A DNA stretch of 64,000 bases from an uncultured archaeon (GTDB lineage Archaea > Asgardarchaeota > Lokiarchaeia > Sigyniarchaeales > SOKP01), in contig CAZBPC010000001.1 in assembly GCA_964493715.1 (NCBI GenBank), forward strand, positions 105,288 through 169,287. Reading direction: 5' to 3'. Below, piece after piece: positions 1-10,642 of this stretch; the stretch's first letter is position 1; every line of letters starts with the position of its first letter. The notes below the pieces were generated by a model that was given only the letters and a program-made list of their open reading frames with translations, made no database searches and was not told where the DNA came from. The position numbers and the translations under genes were made by a program.

Positions 1-1204
1 TAATACATACCTAGATCATGTTCTTTACCTCCAGCCACTATATATATCGATTATGGTTTCATTATCTGCCACTGTTGGTGCTATTAGTATGCCACTATGG
101 GGGATTATAAGTGATAATTCACGCACAAAATTCGGGCGACGTAGACCTTTTTTACTATTTGGGATAATAGCTGGTATTGGCATGATTTTATACAGCTTTG
201 CATATCCTTTATTTGGGAAAACGGAAACAGCTTTTATGTGGTGCCTAATCATAGATGTTGTAGTTATTGGAATTTCTTCTAACGCCTATCTAGTTGCGGA
301 GAGGGCTTTAATCCCCGACACAATTGAGGTTGAAAAAAGAGGTAGAGCAAATGGATTAATTAATTCTATAAGTTACATTGGTTTATTGATTGGAGTTGCA
401 TTTTTATTGCTGGGGAATGAATTATTTGGAATTCCAGATCCTCGAGATACTGTTCCTCCAATTGGTACAATTATTACACAAGATGGACATTTCATTCTTC
501 TCTCATTTGGAGGAAGTGTTTTTTTTATTGTTTCTATTGTTGGATTTTTCTTCATTAAGGAAAAACACGTTACAGATCTTCCTGTAAAAAAGAAATTTTT
601 CTCGGAATTGAAGGATATATTTAACATAAATGAAGTGAGAAAAGTAAAGGAATTTTACAAGATCCTCATAGCATTCGTTGTATTTCAATCCGGTATATCC
701 TCAGTAATGCCATATCTTTTTATCTTTATTTTTGCTCAAGGGCTTAGTACAATGGAATTGCTACTAGGAATAGCTATAGCATTTCCAATCGTTTTCATTG
801 CAACAATATACTTAGGTAAAATTGCAGATAAACATGGAAGAAAGAAGTATGTACCTTTATCCTTAATAATTGTCAGTATTGGATTCTTTATAATGCCATT
901 TGCGGGAATACTTGCCAGCAAGATCTTATTCATGATTTGCCTACCATTTGTTTTAGTTGGAGTATTAGCAATAGTTACACCTCTTAATGCATGGGCTCAA
1001 GATTTACTTCCCGAAGAAAAACGTGGAAAATTTACAGGTATCTTTAACATTGTTAACACACTTTCTCAAATCATCGGTTCGTTTGCAGGGGGGCTCATCT
1101 TTATGATATTTGGTCTTTCTTGGATATTCATCGCTGCACCAGTATTTTTCTTCCTTTCAATTCCGTTATTCTTAAAGGTAAAAGAAACAGTTAAAAAAGA
1201 ATAA
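1..1204 (+). CDS. MFS transporter (GPH/sugar-type), 5'-truncated by the window edge
   Basis: Many TM helices; MFS loop motifs GIISDNSRTKFGRRRPF and GKIADKHGRKK. The frame is open from position 2, so the real start is upstream of the window. Confidence 0.85.
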   Translation, partial: NTYLDHVLYLQPLYISIMVSLSATVGAISMPLWGIISDNSRTKFGRRRPFLLFGIIAGIGMILYSFAYPLFGKTETAFMWCLIIDVVVIGISSNAYLVAERALIPDTIEVEKRGRANGLINSISYIGLLIGVAFLLLGNELFGIPDPRDTVPPIGTIITQDGHFILLSFGGSVFFIVSIVGFFFIKEKHVTDLPVKKKFFSELKDIFNINEVRKVKEFYKILIAFVVFQSGISSVMPYLFIFIFAQGLSTMELLLGIAIAFPIVFIATIYLGKIADKHGRKKYVPLSLIIVSIGFFIMPFAGILASKILFMICLPFVLVGVLAIVTPLNAWAQDLLPEEKRGKFTGIFNIVNTLSQIIGSFAGGLIFMIFGLSWIFIAAPVFFFLSIPLFLKVKETVKKE

Positions 1205-1361
1205 AATCATTTTTTTATTTTTATTTTTGTATCTATTATCTGATGTAATCAATTGGTAAATTTAATAATATTAAAATTGTCATAATCCTAATAAGGAGGG
1301 ATTTTTTCTATAGAATATTTCAATAGCATTTAAATATTATATTCTAATAGTTGAAAATAGT

Positions 1362-2453
1362 ATGGCGAATACAATCAAAACAGCTTTAATCGGTATCGGT
1401 GATGTTGCAAGCGCTTTAGTACAAGGAATAGAAAATTACAAGAAAAATCCCGATAAAATCATAGGATTGTTACCTGAAATTAAACAGTATGTAGTGAGTG
1501 ATATTGAATTTGTTTTAGGTATAGATGTAAACGCTAATAAAGTAGGGCATGATCTAAGTGAAGCAATATTTTGTGAACCAAATTGCAATCTTGAATTTTA
1601 TAAACCAAATTTTTTGAATGCACCTATAATTAAGGGCCCCGTTCTGGATGGGTTAAACAGCAATATAAAAAAAATAATTCCTTTAGATGATAATCAAGTG
1701 TTTTCAGATATCGTGCATGAATTAAAAGAAAGGAACGTAGACGTTGTAGTGATTCTCCTTCCAACAGGGTGTCACGAAGCTGTCAAATATTATGCTAACG
1801 CCGCTTTAGAAGCAAATGCTTGTATTATCAATGGCATGCCCTCTTATGTCGCTAAAGATCCACAGATAGTAGCCAAATCGGAAAAATTGAAACGTTCAAT
1901 CATTGGAGATGATGTAAAATCTCAAATTGGAGCTACCATCATACACCGTTCATTAGCAAACCTTTTTCCCATGCGTGGAGCAATACTTGATAAAACAATT
2001 CAATTAGATTGGGGTGGTTCTTCGGATTTCTGCAATTTACTTACTCCAAAACCAGATGGTCAATTAATATATGAAGAAGGAAAACGACAATCAAAAACTG
2101 AGTCAGTTATTTCTAGACTACCAAATAGAGATGAGATAGAATGTCAAATTTCAGCAGTAGATTACATTCCTTTTTTAAAGAATCAAAAGGAAGCATATAT
2201 GAGATTAGAAGGGAGAATTTTTGGAGGTGCTCCTGTCAGGATTGATATTACAATGTTTGTAGAGGATGGAAATAATTCGGCTGGAATAATTGCTGACTGT
2301 ATTAGAGTTTCAAAAATAGCGAAAGATCGACAAGTAGGTGGTGTTTTACAATCTGCTTGTTCCTTTTTTAACAAACATCCCCCAGAGCAATTAGAGGATC
2401 AGGAAGCTAAGAAAAGATTAATTGAATTTTTACAAGGTGAGAGAGAAAGATAA
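1362..2453 (+). CDS. ino1: myo-inositol-1-phosphate synthase
   Basis: GIGDVASALVQG Rossmann start; IGDDVKSQIGATIIHR; QLDWGGSSDFCNL; DYIPFLKNQKEAY; VEDGNNSAG. These match the archaeal/actinobacterial MIPS motifs. Confidence 0.92.
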   Translation: MANTIKTALIGIGDVASALVQGIENYKKNPDKIIGLLPEIKQYVVSDIEFVLGIDVNANKVGHDLSEAIFCEPNCNLEFYKPNFLNAPIIKGPVLDGLNSNIKKIIPLDDNQVFSDIVHELKERNVDVVVILLPTGCHEAVKYYANAALEANACIINGMPSYVAKDPQIVAKSEKLKRSIIGDDVKSQIGATIIHRSLANLFPMRGAILDKTIQLDWGGSSDFCNLLTPKPDGQLIYEEGKRQSKTESVISRLPNRDEIECQISAVDYIPFLKNQKEAYMRLEGRIFGGAPVRIDITMFVEDGNNSAGIIADCIRVSKIAKDRQVGGVLQSACSFFNKHPPEQLEDQEAKKRLIEFLQGERER

Positions 2454-2468
2454 CCTAATTCTCTTCTA

Positions 2469-3383
2469 TTATTGACTTTTAACTTTTATTGTTCCCTTAA
2501 TAAACTGTTCTCTCAATGTAATTATATTGTAAATATGATCTGCTATCAAACTAACACTTTCAGGAATGCTTCGAAAACTGGGGAAATCATTAATATCAAC
2601 AATAAACGGACCATCCTTGGTATTTATAAAATCAACCCCATAAATTGTCATGCCTAATTTACGCCCAATTCTTATAAAATTCCTTTTCAAGTTTTCATCA
2701 ATCGAAGTTCTTATATGCACGAGTTCTAATGGAGATAAATTATCATCCTGCTGCAATCGATTATGTGAGGTAATTGAAACTATCCATTGTCCTATTACGT
2801 ATGCTTTATTCACAATATCATAGGCTCCGAGATATTCTTGCAAAAACAATTCACTCTCATCATGATTATTTATCAAAGCTGCGAGATCTTCTTTAGTCTT
2901 AGCTATTCCTATAATTCGTTCATTTTTAGGTAAATTCGGAATATTATGAGCGTCTAATTTGATAATAATTGCGTTTCCATTTTTTAATGTATGATTTGCT
3001 TTTTGGATTGTATTGTATGTCTTTGGAATGTTAACTTTCTTACAATTTTCTGCAATAAATTGAAATGTTGCATTCCTGCTTTCGCAAATTTTAACTGAAT
3101 CCAATGAATTTAGAATGGGTAGATTGGGGGATACTTGTTTTATGGTATCATAGACAAGTTTATTTTCTATTTGAGTTGTAAGTTTCACGATTAAAAAAAC
3201 AATGGGATACTTTTTCAAGCGTTTCTCAAAATATTTCGGATTAAAAGAATTCAATCCCGTTTTCATAAAATCGATCAGAGCAATATTATAGTTTTTGATT
3301 AAAAATGATTTGATATTTGCTAAGACCTCAATATCTCGATTGCAAATGGCCCCTATGTACACTTTTTTTAAATTATTTGCCAT
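2469..3383 (-). CDS. ATP-grasp protein, ITPK1-like inositol phosphate kinase candidate
   Basis: LQEY, KAYVIG, YGVDFI...IVDINDFPSF. DIN..P resembles ITPK1 (DINxFPG) more than RimK (EVN). Adjacent to ino1. Confidence 0.7.
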   Translation of the reverse strand: MANNLKKVYIGAICNRDIEVLANIKSFLIKNYNIALIDFMKTGLNSFNPKYFEKRLKKYPIVFLIVKLTTQIENKLVYDTIKQVSPNLPILNSLDSVKICESRNATFQFIAENCKKVNIPKTYNTIQKANHTLKNGNAIIIKLDAHNIPNLPKNERIIGIAKTKEDLAALINNHDESELFLQEYLGAYDIVNKAYVIGQWIVSITSHNRLQQDDNLSPLELVHIRTSIDENLKRNFIRIGRKLGMTIYGVDFINTKDGPFIVDINDFPSFRSIPESVSLIADHIYNIITLREQFIKGTIKVKSQ

Positions 3384-3633
3384 TTGAACAAAACCCTTAC
3401 AGTTTAAGTTTTATTATACTAAACATAGTATATAAATATACCTTAACGTTTTCTTTATGATTTCTTCAAGAAACCTTCCTTTTTAGAATAGTGTAAGTCT
3501 AACAAGATTTTGAGAAATGCTAATAAACCTTTTTTTTTATTTCACCTATATTTATTTAAATTCTAGGGATTTATTAATAAATAGAATTAAGAAAAAGCAA
3601 GGTATTAAATTATAAGAATTTGGGATTAATTTT

Positions 3634-4452
3634 TTGATAACGCTTGGATTAATTATTGATGAATATCATTTGGAAAAAAAGGCCTTAGAATTCATGAAAT
3701 ACATGCAAGATAAAGCTAAAATTAATCTCTATGTTGAAGAAAGATACTTACTTGACTTTTCAAATGTGAATTTTAAAGAAGATATATTTGTTGTTAAAGC
3801 AAAAGGGGATTTGGTTATAAATCTTGCGAAGCTAATAGATCGTGAAACCCACATTCCAATAATCAACTCACCGATGAGTATTTGGCTATGTTATAATAGA
3901 TTTCTAAATAGCACACTATTAAAGAAAATTGGTATCAGAGTTCCAGATTTTTCCTTGAATCCTATTGGAGTAGAACCTCCTTTTAAGAATTACATTGTTA
4001 AAAATATTCGAGATCAACGAAATTATGCCTTCACTCCTTTAATCAAAGAGGAAGAGGGATTAATTAATGTTCAAGATGAAAGAGCTTTAATAGAAGCTCA
4101 AGGAGGAAAAGAAAATTATCAATATTTATATTATCAACAATTCATAAAAAGTGAATGGGAATATAAAGTATATTGTATAGGAGAGGATCTTTTTTTCTAT
4201 AAACAAATCCCTGTTTTAATCAATCCAGATAAGATGAAATCGAGAAAAGAGATCAAAGAAATACCAGAACTAAGTGAGATAGCCTTCAAGGCACTAAAAG
4301 CTGTGGGTTTAAAAATTGCTTCCATAGATTTTCTTCAATCTGAAAATGGAGAATTTTACCTTACCGATATCAATTCCTCTCCAAATTTTGATTATATTCA
4401 GAATGGTGCCAAAAAAGTTGGTGATTACTTGATTAGAATGGCTAAAGTTTAA
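3634..4452 (+). CDS. ATP-grasp protein, ITPK1-like
   Basis: YQQFI..EYKVYCIGE and ASIDFL...YLTDINSSPNF. TTG start. Confidence 0.68.
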   Translation: MITLGLIIDEYHLEKKALEFMKYMQDKAKINLYVEERYLLDFSNVNFKEDIFVVKAKGDLVINLAKLIDRETHIPIINSPMSIWLCYNRFLNSTLLKKIGIRVPDFSLNPIGVEPPFKNYIVKNIRDQRNYAFTPLIKEEEGLINVQDERALIEAQGGKENYQYLYYQQFIKSEWEYKVYCIGEDLFFYKQIPVLINPDKMKSRKEIKEIPELSEIAFKALKAVGLKIASIDFLQSENGEFYLTDINSSPNFDYIQNGAKKVGDYLIRMAKV

Positions 4453-4471
4453 ATTATGAGGTAAATATAAT

Positions 4472-5248
4472 TTGAAGATCGGAATTTTATCGAAGCGTAA
4501 TAAAATGTTTACTGCTAAAATGAAGAAATATTTGGAATCAGAAGGTCATATTGTTGAATTATATACTTTAGAGAATTTAAACATAAATCAGTCTCTCCTA
4601 AAGAATGATTTTTACATACTGAAGTCTAAACACATGTTTTTCCTATATGCGGGTTATTTTTTAGATGGAAATAGGATCCCTGTAATACCAAATGTAAATC
4701 TTTCTTATAAACATAAAAATCGTATTGAAGCTCATTACTTGATAAAACAAGCAGGATTATTAGGACCAAATATTTATATGGGCATGAATGATATATTAAA
4801 AGCCAAATTAAAGAAACAAGATTATCCTTTCATTCAAAAACCATTAATGGGTTCTGGAAGTGCAGGTATTAAACTCATTTCAAGTTCCAAGGATTTAAAA
4901 TCCAAGGATGGTGGGGTTATTTATTTAGAAAAATTTATTCAAGGAATTCATTATCTTTCTTATTTCATAGGAGACAAAGTATGTGTCTTTGAAAAACTTC
5001 CCTTATCAAATGAACACTCACAAGTAAAAGCTATAGAGAAGACTCAAGATCTAATAGATATCACTTTACAATGGAAGAATTATTATAACATGCTGTTTGG
5101 TCATTTAGATATAGTAAGAGATGAAAAAACAAACAAATTGCATGTTGTAGATCCTGGACCCTTTCCTGAATTTTCTCATTGGGATTGCAGTGTAAATCCT
5201 GTAAAAGAGGTGTGTCAATTGATCTTAAACGAATATGCTAAGTTATAA
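4472..5248 (+). CDS. ATP-grasp protein (RimK/ITPK1-like)
   Basis: YPFIQKPLMGSGSAGI, LEKFI, FGHLDIV...VVDPGPFPEF. GAGGT SD before a TTG start. Confidence 0.65.
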   Translation: MKIGILSKRNKMFTAKMKKYLESEGHIVELYTLENLNINQSLLKNDFYILKSKHMFFLYAGYFLDGNRIPVIPNVNLSYKHKNRIEAHYLIKQAGLLGPNIYMGMNDILKAKLKKQDYPFIQKPLMGSGSAGIKLISSSKDLKSKDGGVIYLEKFIQGIHYLSYFIGDKVCVFEKLPLSNEHSQVKAIEKTQDLIDITLQWKNYYNMLFGHLDIVRDEKTNKLHVVDPGPFPEFSHWDCSVNPVKEVCQLILNEYAKL

Positions 5249-5287
5249 AGAATTAAATTAATAGTTAAAAGGATGTGGCTTGCTTAA

Positions 5288-6400
5288 TTATTCTCCTTTT
5301 TCTAACTCATCTTGTTCTTTTTCAAATTCTCCCACCTTCTGTTCAAGTGAGTCCATTGTTGTCGAAGGCAAGGGCATTTTTTCATAAATTTCAATAAATT
5401 TCACATTATTGATCTCATCTGCCATGTTTGACTGTAGATCCATAGCTAAACCAAATTTCACGTAAGTCAGATTTTGAAATAAAAACATCTTTGGAATATT
5501 AATTTCAAGATCTTTACTATTAGAGTCATAAGATAAGGTAAATTCAGATACATTTTCTTTGGGAATACCCTTAGAAATCATAAAGTATTCAATCTTATCA
5601 TTGAAATCCTCAATTAAATCAATTACTTCTACATTATAATCAATGCTTTGTCCTGCTAATGGATGATTATAGTCAACTACAACCTTCCCTTGATCTACTC
5701 TTATTACGGTACCGCGTTGTCCCGTTCCCTTTTTTACGAAATCTTGCCCATATTCGGGATTTTTTCCATCGTTTAATTTTCTGAACTTGTTAATTCCTAT
5801 ACGTTCAATTTTTTGTGGATCTCTTTTTCCAAATGCTTTAATTGGGGGAATTCTTACGGATTTTTTCTCAAAAAAATTTAATTTTTCCACAGTTTCAGTA
5901 AGACCTTCATTTAAAAAACCGGGTTTTCCAACAATAACAAATTCAGGTGTATAATAACCCTGCTTTGCTTTTTCCTCTTCATAGATTCCTGATTTCTTTG
6001 CATCATCTTCAGATGAAACTCGAAAAATCGTTCCTTTTTGAGTTTTCCCAGTAATTTTTACTAATACAAAATCCCCCTTCGCAACCTTTCTGCCTTCTAA
6101 TTTTTTACGCTTTGCTTCTAATTTCGCCATTTGTTCTTCAATTGCTTTTTTATCATCTATTTGATCCACTGAGGTGTCTAATTGAGACGGTTCATCATCA
6201 GTTCCTTCTTTACTAATGCTTTCGAGTAAATTTTTAGCGTTTTCTATATACTTTTCAGCAGAAGCTTTCCCGATTCCCTTTAATTCCGATAAAATTTCAA
6301 CATTCGAAGCTGCAAGTTTTTCTACTGAATCAATTCCAGCTTCTACGAGAACATCAGCTTTTTTACCTAAACCTTTTACGTCTTCTAACTTAACGCTCAT
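5288..6400 (-). CDS. FKBP-type peptidyl-prolyl isomerase (long archaeal SlyD type) with N-terminal helix-hairpin-helix domain
   Basis: KGDFVLVKITGK, IPPIKAFGKRD, VDYNHPLAGQSIDY. N-terminal VKGLG...LKGIGKASA HhH pair. Confidence 0.85.
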   Translation of the reverse strand: MSVKLEDVKGLGKKADVLVEAGIDSVEKLAASNVEILSELKGIGKASAEKYIENAKNLLESISKEGTDDEPSQLDTSVDQIDDKKAIEEQMAKLEAKRKKLEGRKVAKGDFVLVKITGKTQKGTIFRVSSEDDAKKSGIYEEEKAKQGYYTPEFVIVGKPGFLNEGLTETVEKLNFFEKKSVRIPPIKAFGKRDPQKIERIGINKFRKLNDGKNPEYGQDFVKKGTGQRGTVIRVDQGKVVVDYNHPLAGQSIDYNVEVIDLIEDFNDKIEYFMISKGIPKENVSEFTLSYDSNSKDLEINIPKMFLFQNLTYVKFGLAMDLQSNMADEINNVKFIEIYEKMPLPSTTMDSLEQKVGEFEKEQDELEKGE

Positions 6401-6514
6401 TACAACTCAAATCCTTATTCAAAAATACGCGATAAAATTAATAAATAGATGAACAATGAAGTGTTCGATTGTTTTTAGACTTTTCTAATTTAGAATTTTT
6501 AATAAAAACATTTT

Positions 6515-7624
6515 TCATGATACTGGTTTATAGAGAACATTCAAATCTTCAGCATAACGTCTAACTTCTAATAATTCTTGAGTAGTGGGTCTACGATTAA
6601 TTTCAGAATGTTTATAAGCCAAATATTCTGGCCTGTATTGACCCATAATGTTTACAACGCATTTCGGAATCTCTCTTGCTATATAATCTAATATTGGCTT
6701 CGAGCAGCATTCCACGTGATTAGGCATGACTAGGTGTCGAATTATTATTTCTCTACTTCCATAATCGTGAATTCGTTTTAAATTACGGGTTAGGATATCA
6801 TAATATTTTTCTACTCCCGAATATTTTTTAGCACATTCATTATTACCATATTTAAAATCAGGGAGCCAAAAATCAATGAAATCGATTATGAGAGCTAAAG
6901 ATTTCACGGTTAAATAAAAATTCGAATTCCATAGCTGAGTAATGTTGGATCGTTGAAAATTTAGGCTTCCGATTATCGTGTGAATATTTGGAATCGGATC
7001 ACCTCCTACATAGTTGATGTTTATCGCACCCTTGTTTACTAGATTCTCTGCTAAATTTGCTAAGTCTTCGACAGATACTCTCTTTGATACATCTTCAATT
7101 GATTTAGATTTCCATGATTGAGAGATATCATAATTTTGGCAAAAAACACACCCGAAATTGCATCCTTGAAAGAAAATCGTACCGCTTGGAATCAATGGTG
7201 CTTCTTCTCCCATGTGCAAAAAAGCAGATGAAACGAATGAATCTCTTGTAATTTGACAATAACCTTTCTCATTATTTAATCTATTAGCTTTGCATTGCCG
7301 TTCACAAAAGTTACAAGCCTCCAGATATCTCTCTGCAAGCGTTTCAGCTAATGTTAAGTAATTTTTTGGAAAAATTTGACGATCTTTTAAATTTTCAACA
7401 GGTTCTTTTAATAATTTGTTGAAGTCTACAGATAAGCTTTCTAAAATTTCCTCAAGTTCTTCAGTTGAACTATCGGTATTAAAATCGCATTGAACACTTT
7501 TCGCAATCAAGTAACGAGCAATTTCATTATTATCGATAATGCCACGATACCTTGAAAAACGTTGGAATATTTCTTGATATTTCCATACTTTTTCAGAATC
7601 AGATTTGAGTATCTTAAAAACCAT
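6515..7624 (-). CDS. Radical SAM protein, PflX family
   Basis: CNFCERQC; SGTIFFQGCNFGCVFCQNYDISQ (CxxxCxxC); LPDFKYGN; IIRHLVMPNH. Confidence 0.88.
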   Translation of the reverse strand: MVFKILKSDSEKVWKYQEIFQRFSRYRGIIDNNEIARYLIAKSVQCDFNTDSSTEELEEILESLSVDFNKLLKEPVENLKDRQIFPKNYLTLAETLAERYLEACNFCERQCKANRLNNEKGYCQITRDSFVSSAFLHMGEEAPLIPSGTIFFQGCNFGCVFCQNYDISQSWKSKSIEDVSKRVSVEDLANLAENLVNKGAININYVGGDPIPNIHTIIGSLNFQRSNITQLWNSNFYLTVKSLALIIDFIDFWLPDFKYGNNECAKKYSGVEKYYDILTRNLKRIHDYGSREIIIRHLVMPNHVECCSKPILDYIAREIPKCVVNIMGQYRPEYLAYKHSEINRRPTTQELLEVRRYAEDLNVLYKPVS

Positions 7625-7691
7625 AATTTATACTAATGTAATGTATGAAGGGATTTTTATAACAATTTTCTTTAAAAAAAGGGGAATTCAT

Positions 7692-8423
7692 TTAGGTCTC
7701 AAATGTCAACCAGCTAATTATATTTTGAAGAAACTTCAAATTATCTCCCGCATCAATCCCGAAATCAGAGTCTTCAAGTAAGAATTCAGAAGAACCAACT
7801 GTCACGCATCTTCCTGAAAAAAAGTCAGATACAGCACAAACAGGTACTGGTCCGATTACCCCGATCTCTCCATCTTCAGAATACTTAAATTCTGCTTTTT
7901 CAGAAGTCACAATGATATCCTCCACGTCTTCTTCAGAGATAGTAAAAAAAGTGCAGTTTGGTAGAACTACTTCAGTTATTCCACTGGTTATGGGATGATT
8001 ATAAAGTTCATTAGCTATTATATTACTTCGATTTACTAAGAAATGTGAACCAGATTCCTGAATAGCGCCATTCCAAAACCGTCTTACTCCTGTCATTTTA
8101 TATAAGACTCGAATTGACCCCTTTTTCATGGGAATGTCCATGTCTCCACCTTCGCCACTTGTTAATAAAAGTGCTCCACCTTCTCCTACGTACTTTTTTA
8201 TTGCTAGTAACTCATCTTGAGTGAATTTATCTGCTTTTCCCTCGGGAGTGTGTTGAACGTTTCCAATGAATAAGAGATCATAATCCTCAAGAGTTTCAAA
8301 ATCAATAGGTCCTTCATTCTTATCTATATAATCGATATCATAATCTTCCTCACCTAACGCGAACTCTGGCCACTCTTCCACTCGTTCTCGATGTGAAAGG
8401 TCGATTAAAATACTATCACTCAT
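7692..8423 (-). CDS. GldG/IFT52 (GIFT)/DUF4350-like glutamine-amidotransferase-fold protein
   Basis: ILIDLSHRE, YDLLFIG, FTQDELLAIKKYVGEGGALLL, HPITSGI, GDNLKFLQNIISWL. Confidence 0.6.
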   Translation of the reverse strand: MSDSILIDLSHRERVEEWPEFALGEEDYDIDYIDKNEGPIDFETLEDYDLLFIGNVQHTPEGKADKFTQDELLAIKKYVGEGGALLLTSGEGGDMDIPMKKGSIRVLYKMTGVRRFWNGAIQESGSHFLVNRSNIIANELYNHPITSGITEVVLPNCTFFTISEEDVEDIIVTSEKAEFKYSEDGEIGVIGPVPVCAVSDFFSGRCVTVGSSEFLLEDSDFGIDAGDNLKFLQNIISWLTFET

Positions 8424-8636
8424 TTTACTTGTACCCCACTTTGTTAAAAGTTTCGTTTAATTGAAGATATCTATAGTTTTAATAGTTGTCGATGCGATAT
8501 TCTAAACAATTTAAATATGTAATAAGTAATTTCTTTTTAAATTTTACGTTAAATCAATATTTCAAAATCTTTGCTTTTAAAGTTTCTTCTTGTGAATAAA
8601 CGTGATTGATAAAATAAGATGAAGAATTAATTTTTT

Positions 8637-9320
8637 TTATTCACTTATAGGAATGAATATTCTTTCCGCTGGACCATCCTTTTTGATGATAGCGATATCT
8701 ATTCCATTTCCAGACGCCATATCTCTAATAATTGACGATGATATAGCTTTAATAATGATTTCTTTCCCTTCTTCAATAGTTAAATCATCTTTATATTTTG
8801 CTTCTAACACTCCATATGAAAAGTTCTGCCCAGAACCCACAGCAACAAATTTATCGGGTAAAATGGATCCATAAGCGCCGATATCTAAAAGTACGGGTCC
8901 TTCTTCTTCAGTAACTCCGCCTAATATGAGTCCAACTTGATAGGGGTACATCTTGTTCTTATATAAGATATTCGATAAAATTTTACCCGCGCTTTTAACC
9001 TTAATTCTACTCTCTTTTTTGAGTTGATATAGCGTTGTTTCAGCTCGCAATACATCAATCAAGTACTGAGCATCAGCTACCCCCCCTGCTATGGTCATGT
9101 AGATATGTTCTTGGATTTTATGCAGTTTTTCGGAAGTTTTACTAGCTACAAAATAAGACATTGTAGCTCTTTTATCCGTACCTAAAATTACTGCATCCTT
9201 ACATACCAATCCAACAGTAGTTGTCCCCGTTTTAAATGACTGTGATTGAGGATTTGATTTTTCCAATCTCTCTTGAACTAATGAAGATTGAGAGGGTTCG
9301 ATTAAATCTTCCTTTCTCAT
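8637..9320 (-). CDS. psmB: 20S proteasome beta subunit
   Basis: Propeptide followed by KTG/TTTVG; DKRAT; AGGVADAQ; GSG; RDMASGNG. Confidence 0.95.
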   Translation of the reverse strand: MRKEDLIEPSQSSLVQERLEKSNPQSQSFKTGTTTVGLVCKDAVILGTDKRATMSYFVASKTSEKLHKIQEHIYMTIAGGVADAQYLIDVLRAETTLYQLKKESRIKVKSAGKILSNILYKNKMYPYQVGLILGGVTEEEGPVLLDIGAYGSILPDKFVAVGSGQNFSYGVLEAKYKDDLTIEEGKEIIIKAISSSIIRDMASGNGIDIAIIKKDGPAERIFIPISE

Positions 9321-9447
9321 AAGAAAAAGTAAAGAAATCTGATATTAATAATTTTTTATTGTATATTATAGATGATTTCTTAAAAAATTGGATAAAATTC
9401 TTGATTACTTGATTTCTAATAAAGTAAAAATTAATTAAAAAAGTAAA

Positions 9448-10605
9448 TTATTTTACTCTTTTTTGGACAACTACATGCTCACGGAGCGGTTTTGCGTGAG
9501 GAAATATCGTTTGCACAGCTTGTTCGTTATTTGCCCAGATTGTGGTGCCTTCAATGAAGGAGATTCCAGCAGCGACGACTATTGGTTTTCCCATGTTGTG
9601 AATGGAAGAGAACATTCCTTTACCTGCATGTTGTTTCGCAATCATTACAGTGTCCACATTGCAATGCGTTAATGTTTCTCCAAGCCAAAGTTGGTACAAA
9701 TTTGGAAGTGTCATTATTAGACCAGCAATCTTATCTGTTTCTTTTTCAAAAGCGACATGCACCCACGTCACCACTTTTTCTAGATCACAAGAATTATACG
9801 CTTCAAGGAATTCTGGAACATGAGTAATATTTCGAGGATCGATGAGTAATTCATAATATCCTGGAGGTATTTGAGCATAGTGATACATCATCTCATCAAA
9901 CCGAGACGATCCTCCCGGGGCGTCAGCTAAAATGGAATAAAATGAGTTTGCAGCGAGATCCAAAATTTCCTCCTTGCGACTAATTAATTCTTCAAGCATG
10001 AGATAACCCAAGCGATATTCAGGTCCAACAATATCCCCTTTTTCCCACGGTTTATCAATAACGTGAACGCAACTATATTTCGATTCTGATTCGTATCCTA
10101 GTTCATTGAGAAATTCCAAAATTCGGGATTCTGGATGGTTAAAATTCACGCCATTCAGCATTGGGGCATCAAACCCTTCAGTTTGTATTCCTATTCCCCC
10201 TACTAATTTAGGATAATTAATCGGACCGCGCAACCTTCGAAGTTTATGTTCCTTGGCAAACATTTCACACTGTTCCATGAGCACGGCACAAGTTTCTAAG
10301 TCATCAGCTAATAACCATCCGAAAGTGGTTGCCTTTCTAGAATATGATCGATAATCGGGATCGATTTGGCAGATAACGAAACCGGTGGGAATGTGCTCTT
10401 TTAATACGATGAACATGCTCGCACTATTTTCCGGAGAATCGAATTTTTCTTCATAATAATCTAAGATTTCCTGTATTATCCTTGGCTTTAATCGTTCATC
10501 GGGCACGTATAAAAGTAATTCTAAAGCTTGGTGAGCGAGTGAAAACAGTTGAAAAGTGTTGATTTCTAACACGCCAATATTTTGAGCTAAAATTATCATG
10601 TACAA
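9448..10605 (-). CDS. GNAT-fold acyltransferase (YghO-like, tandem GNAT)
   Basis: FGWL...LRGPIN...GF..P...FNHP....FL...GY; C-terminal KQHAGKG and TIWANN. Confidence 0.65.
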   Translation of the reverse strand: MYMIILAQNIGVLEINTFQLFSLAHQALELLLYVPDERLKPRIIQEILDYYEEKFDSPENSASMFIVLKEHIPTGFVICQIDPDYRSYSRKATTFGWLLADDLETCAVLMEQCEMFAKEHKLRRLRGPINYPKLVGGIGIQTEGFDAPMLNGVNFNHPESRILEFLNELGYESESKYSCVHVIDKPWEKGDIVGPEYRLGYLMLEELISRKEEILDLAANSFYSILADAPGGSSRFDEMMYHYAQIPPGYYELLIDPRNITHVPEFLEAYNSCDLEKVVTWVHVAFEKETDKIAGLIMTLPNLYQLWLGETLTHCNVDTVMIAKQHAGKGMFSSIHNMGKPIVVAAGISFIEGTTIWANNEQAVQTIFPHAKPLREHVVVQKRVK

Positions 10606-10620
10606 TCATATGCATGGATC

Positions 10621-10637
10621 TATTTAAACAAAAAAAA
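10621..10637 (-). promoter_or_regulatory. T-tract/TATA promoter of the GNAT gene
   Basis: TTTTTTTTGTTTAAATA on the minus strand; may double as terminator of the upstream gene. Confidence 0.5.
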
Positions 10638-10642
10638 TTGAT

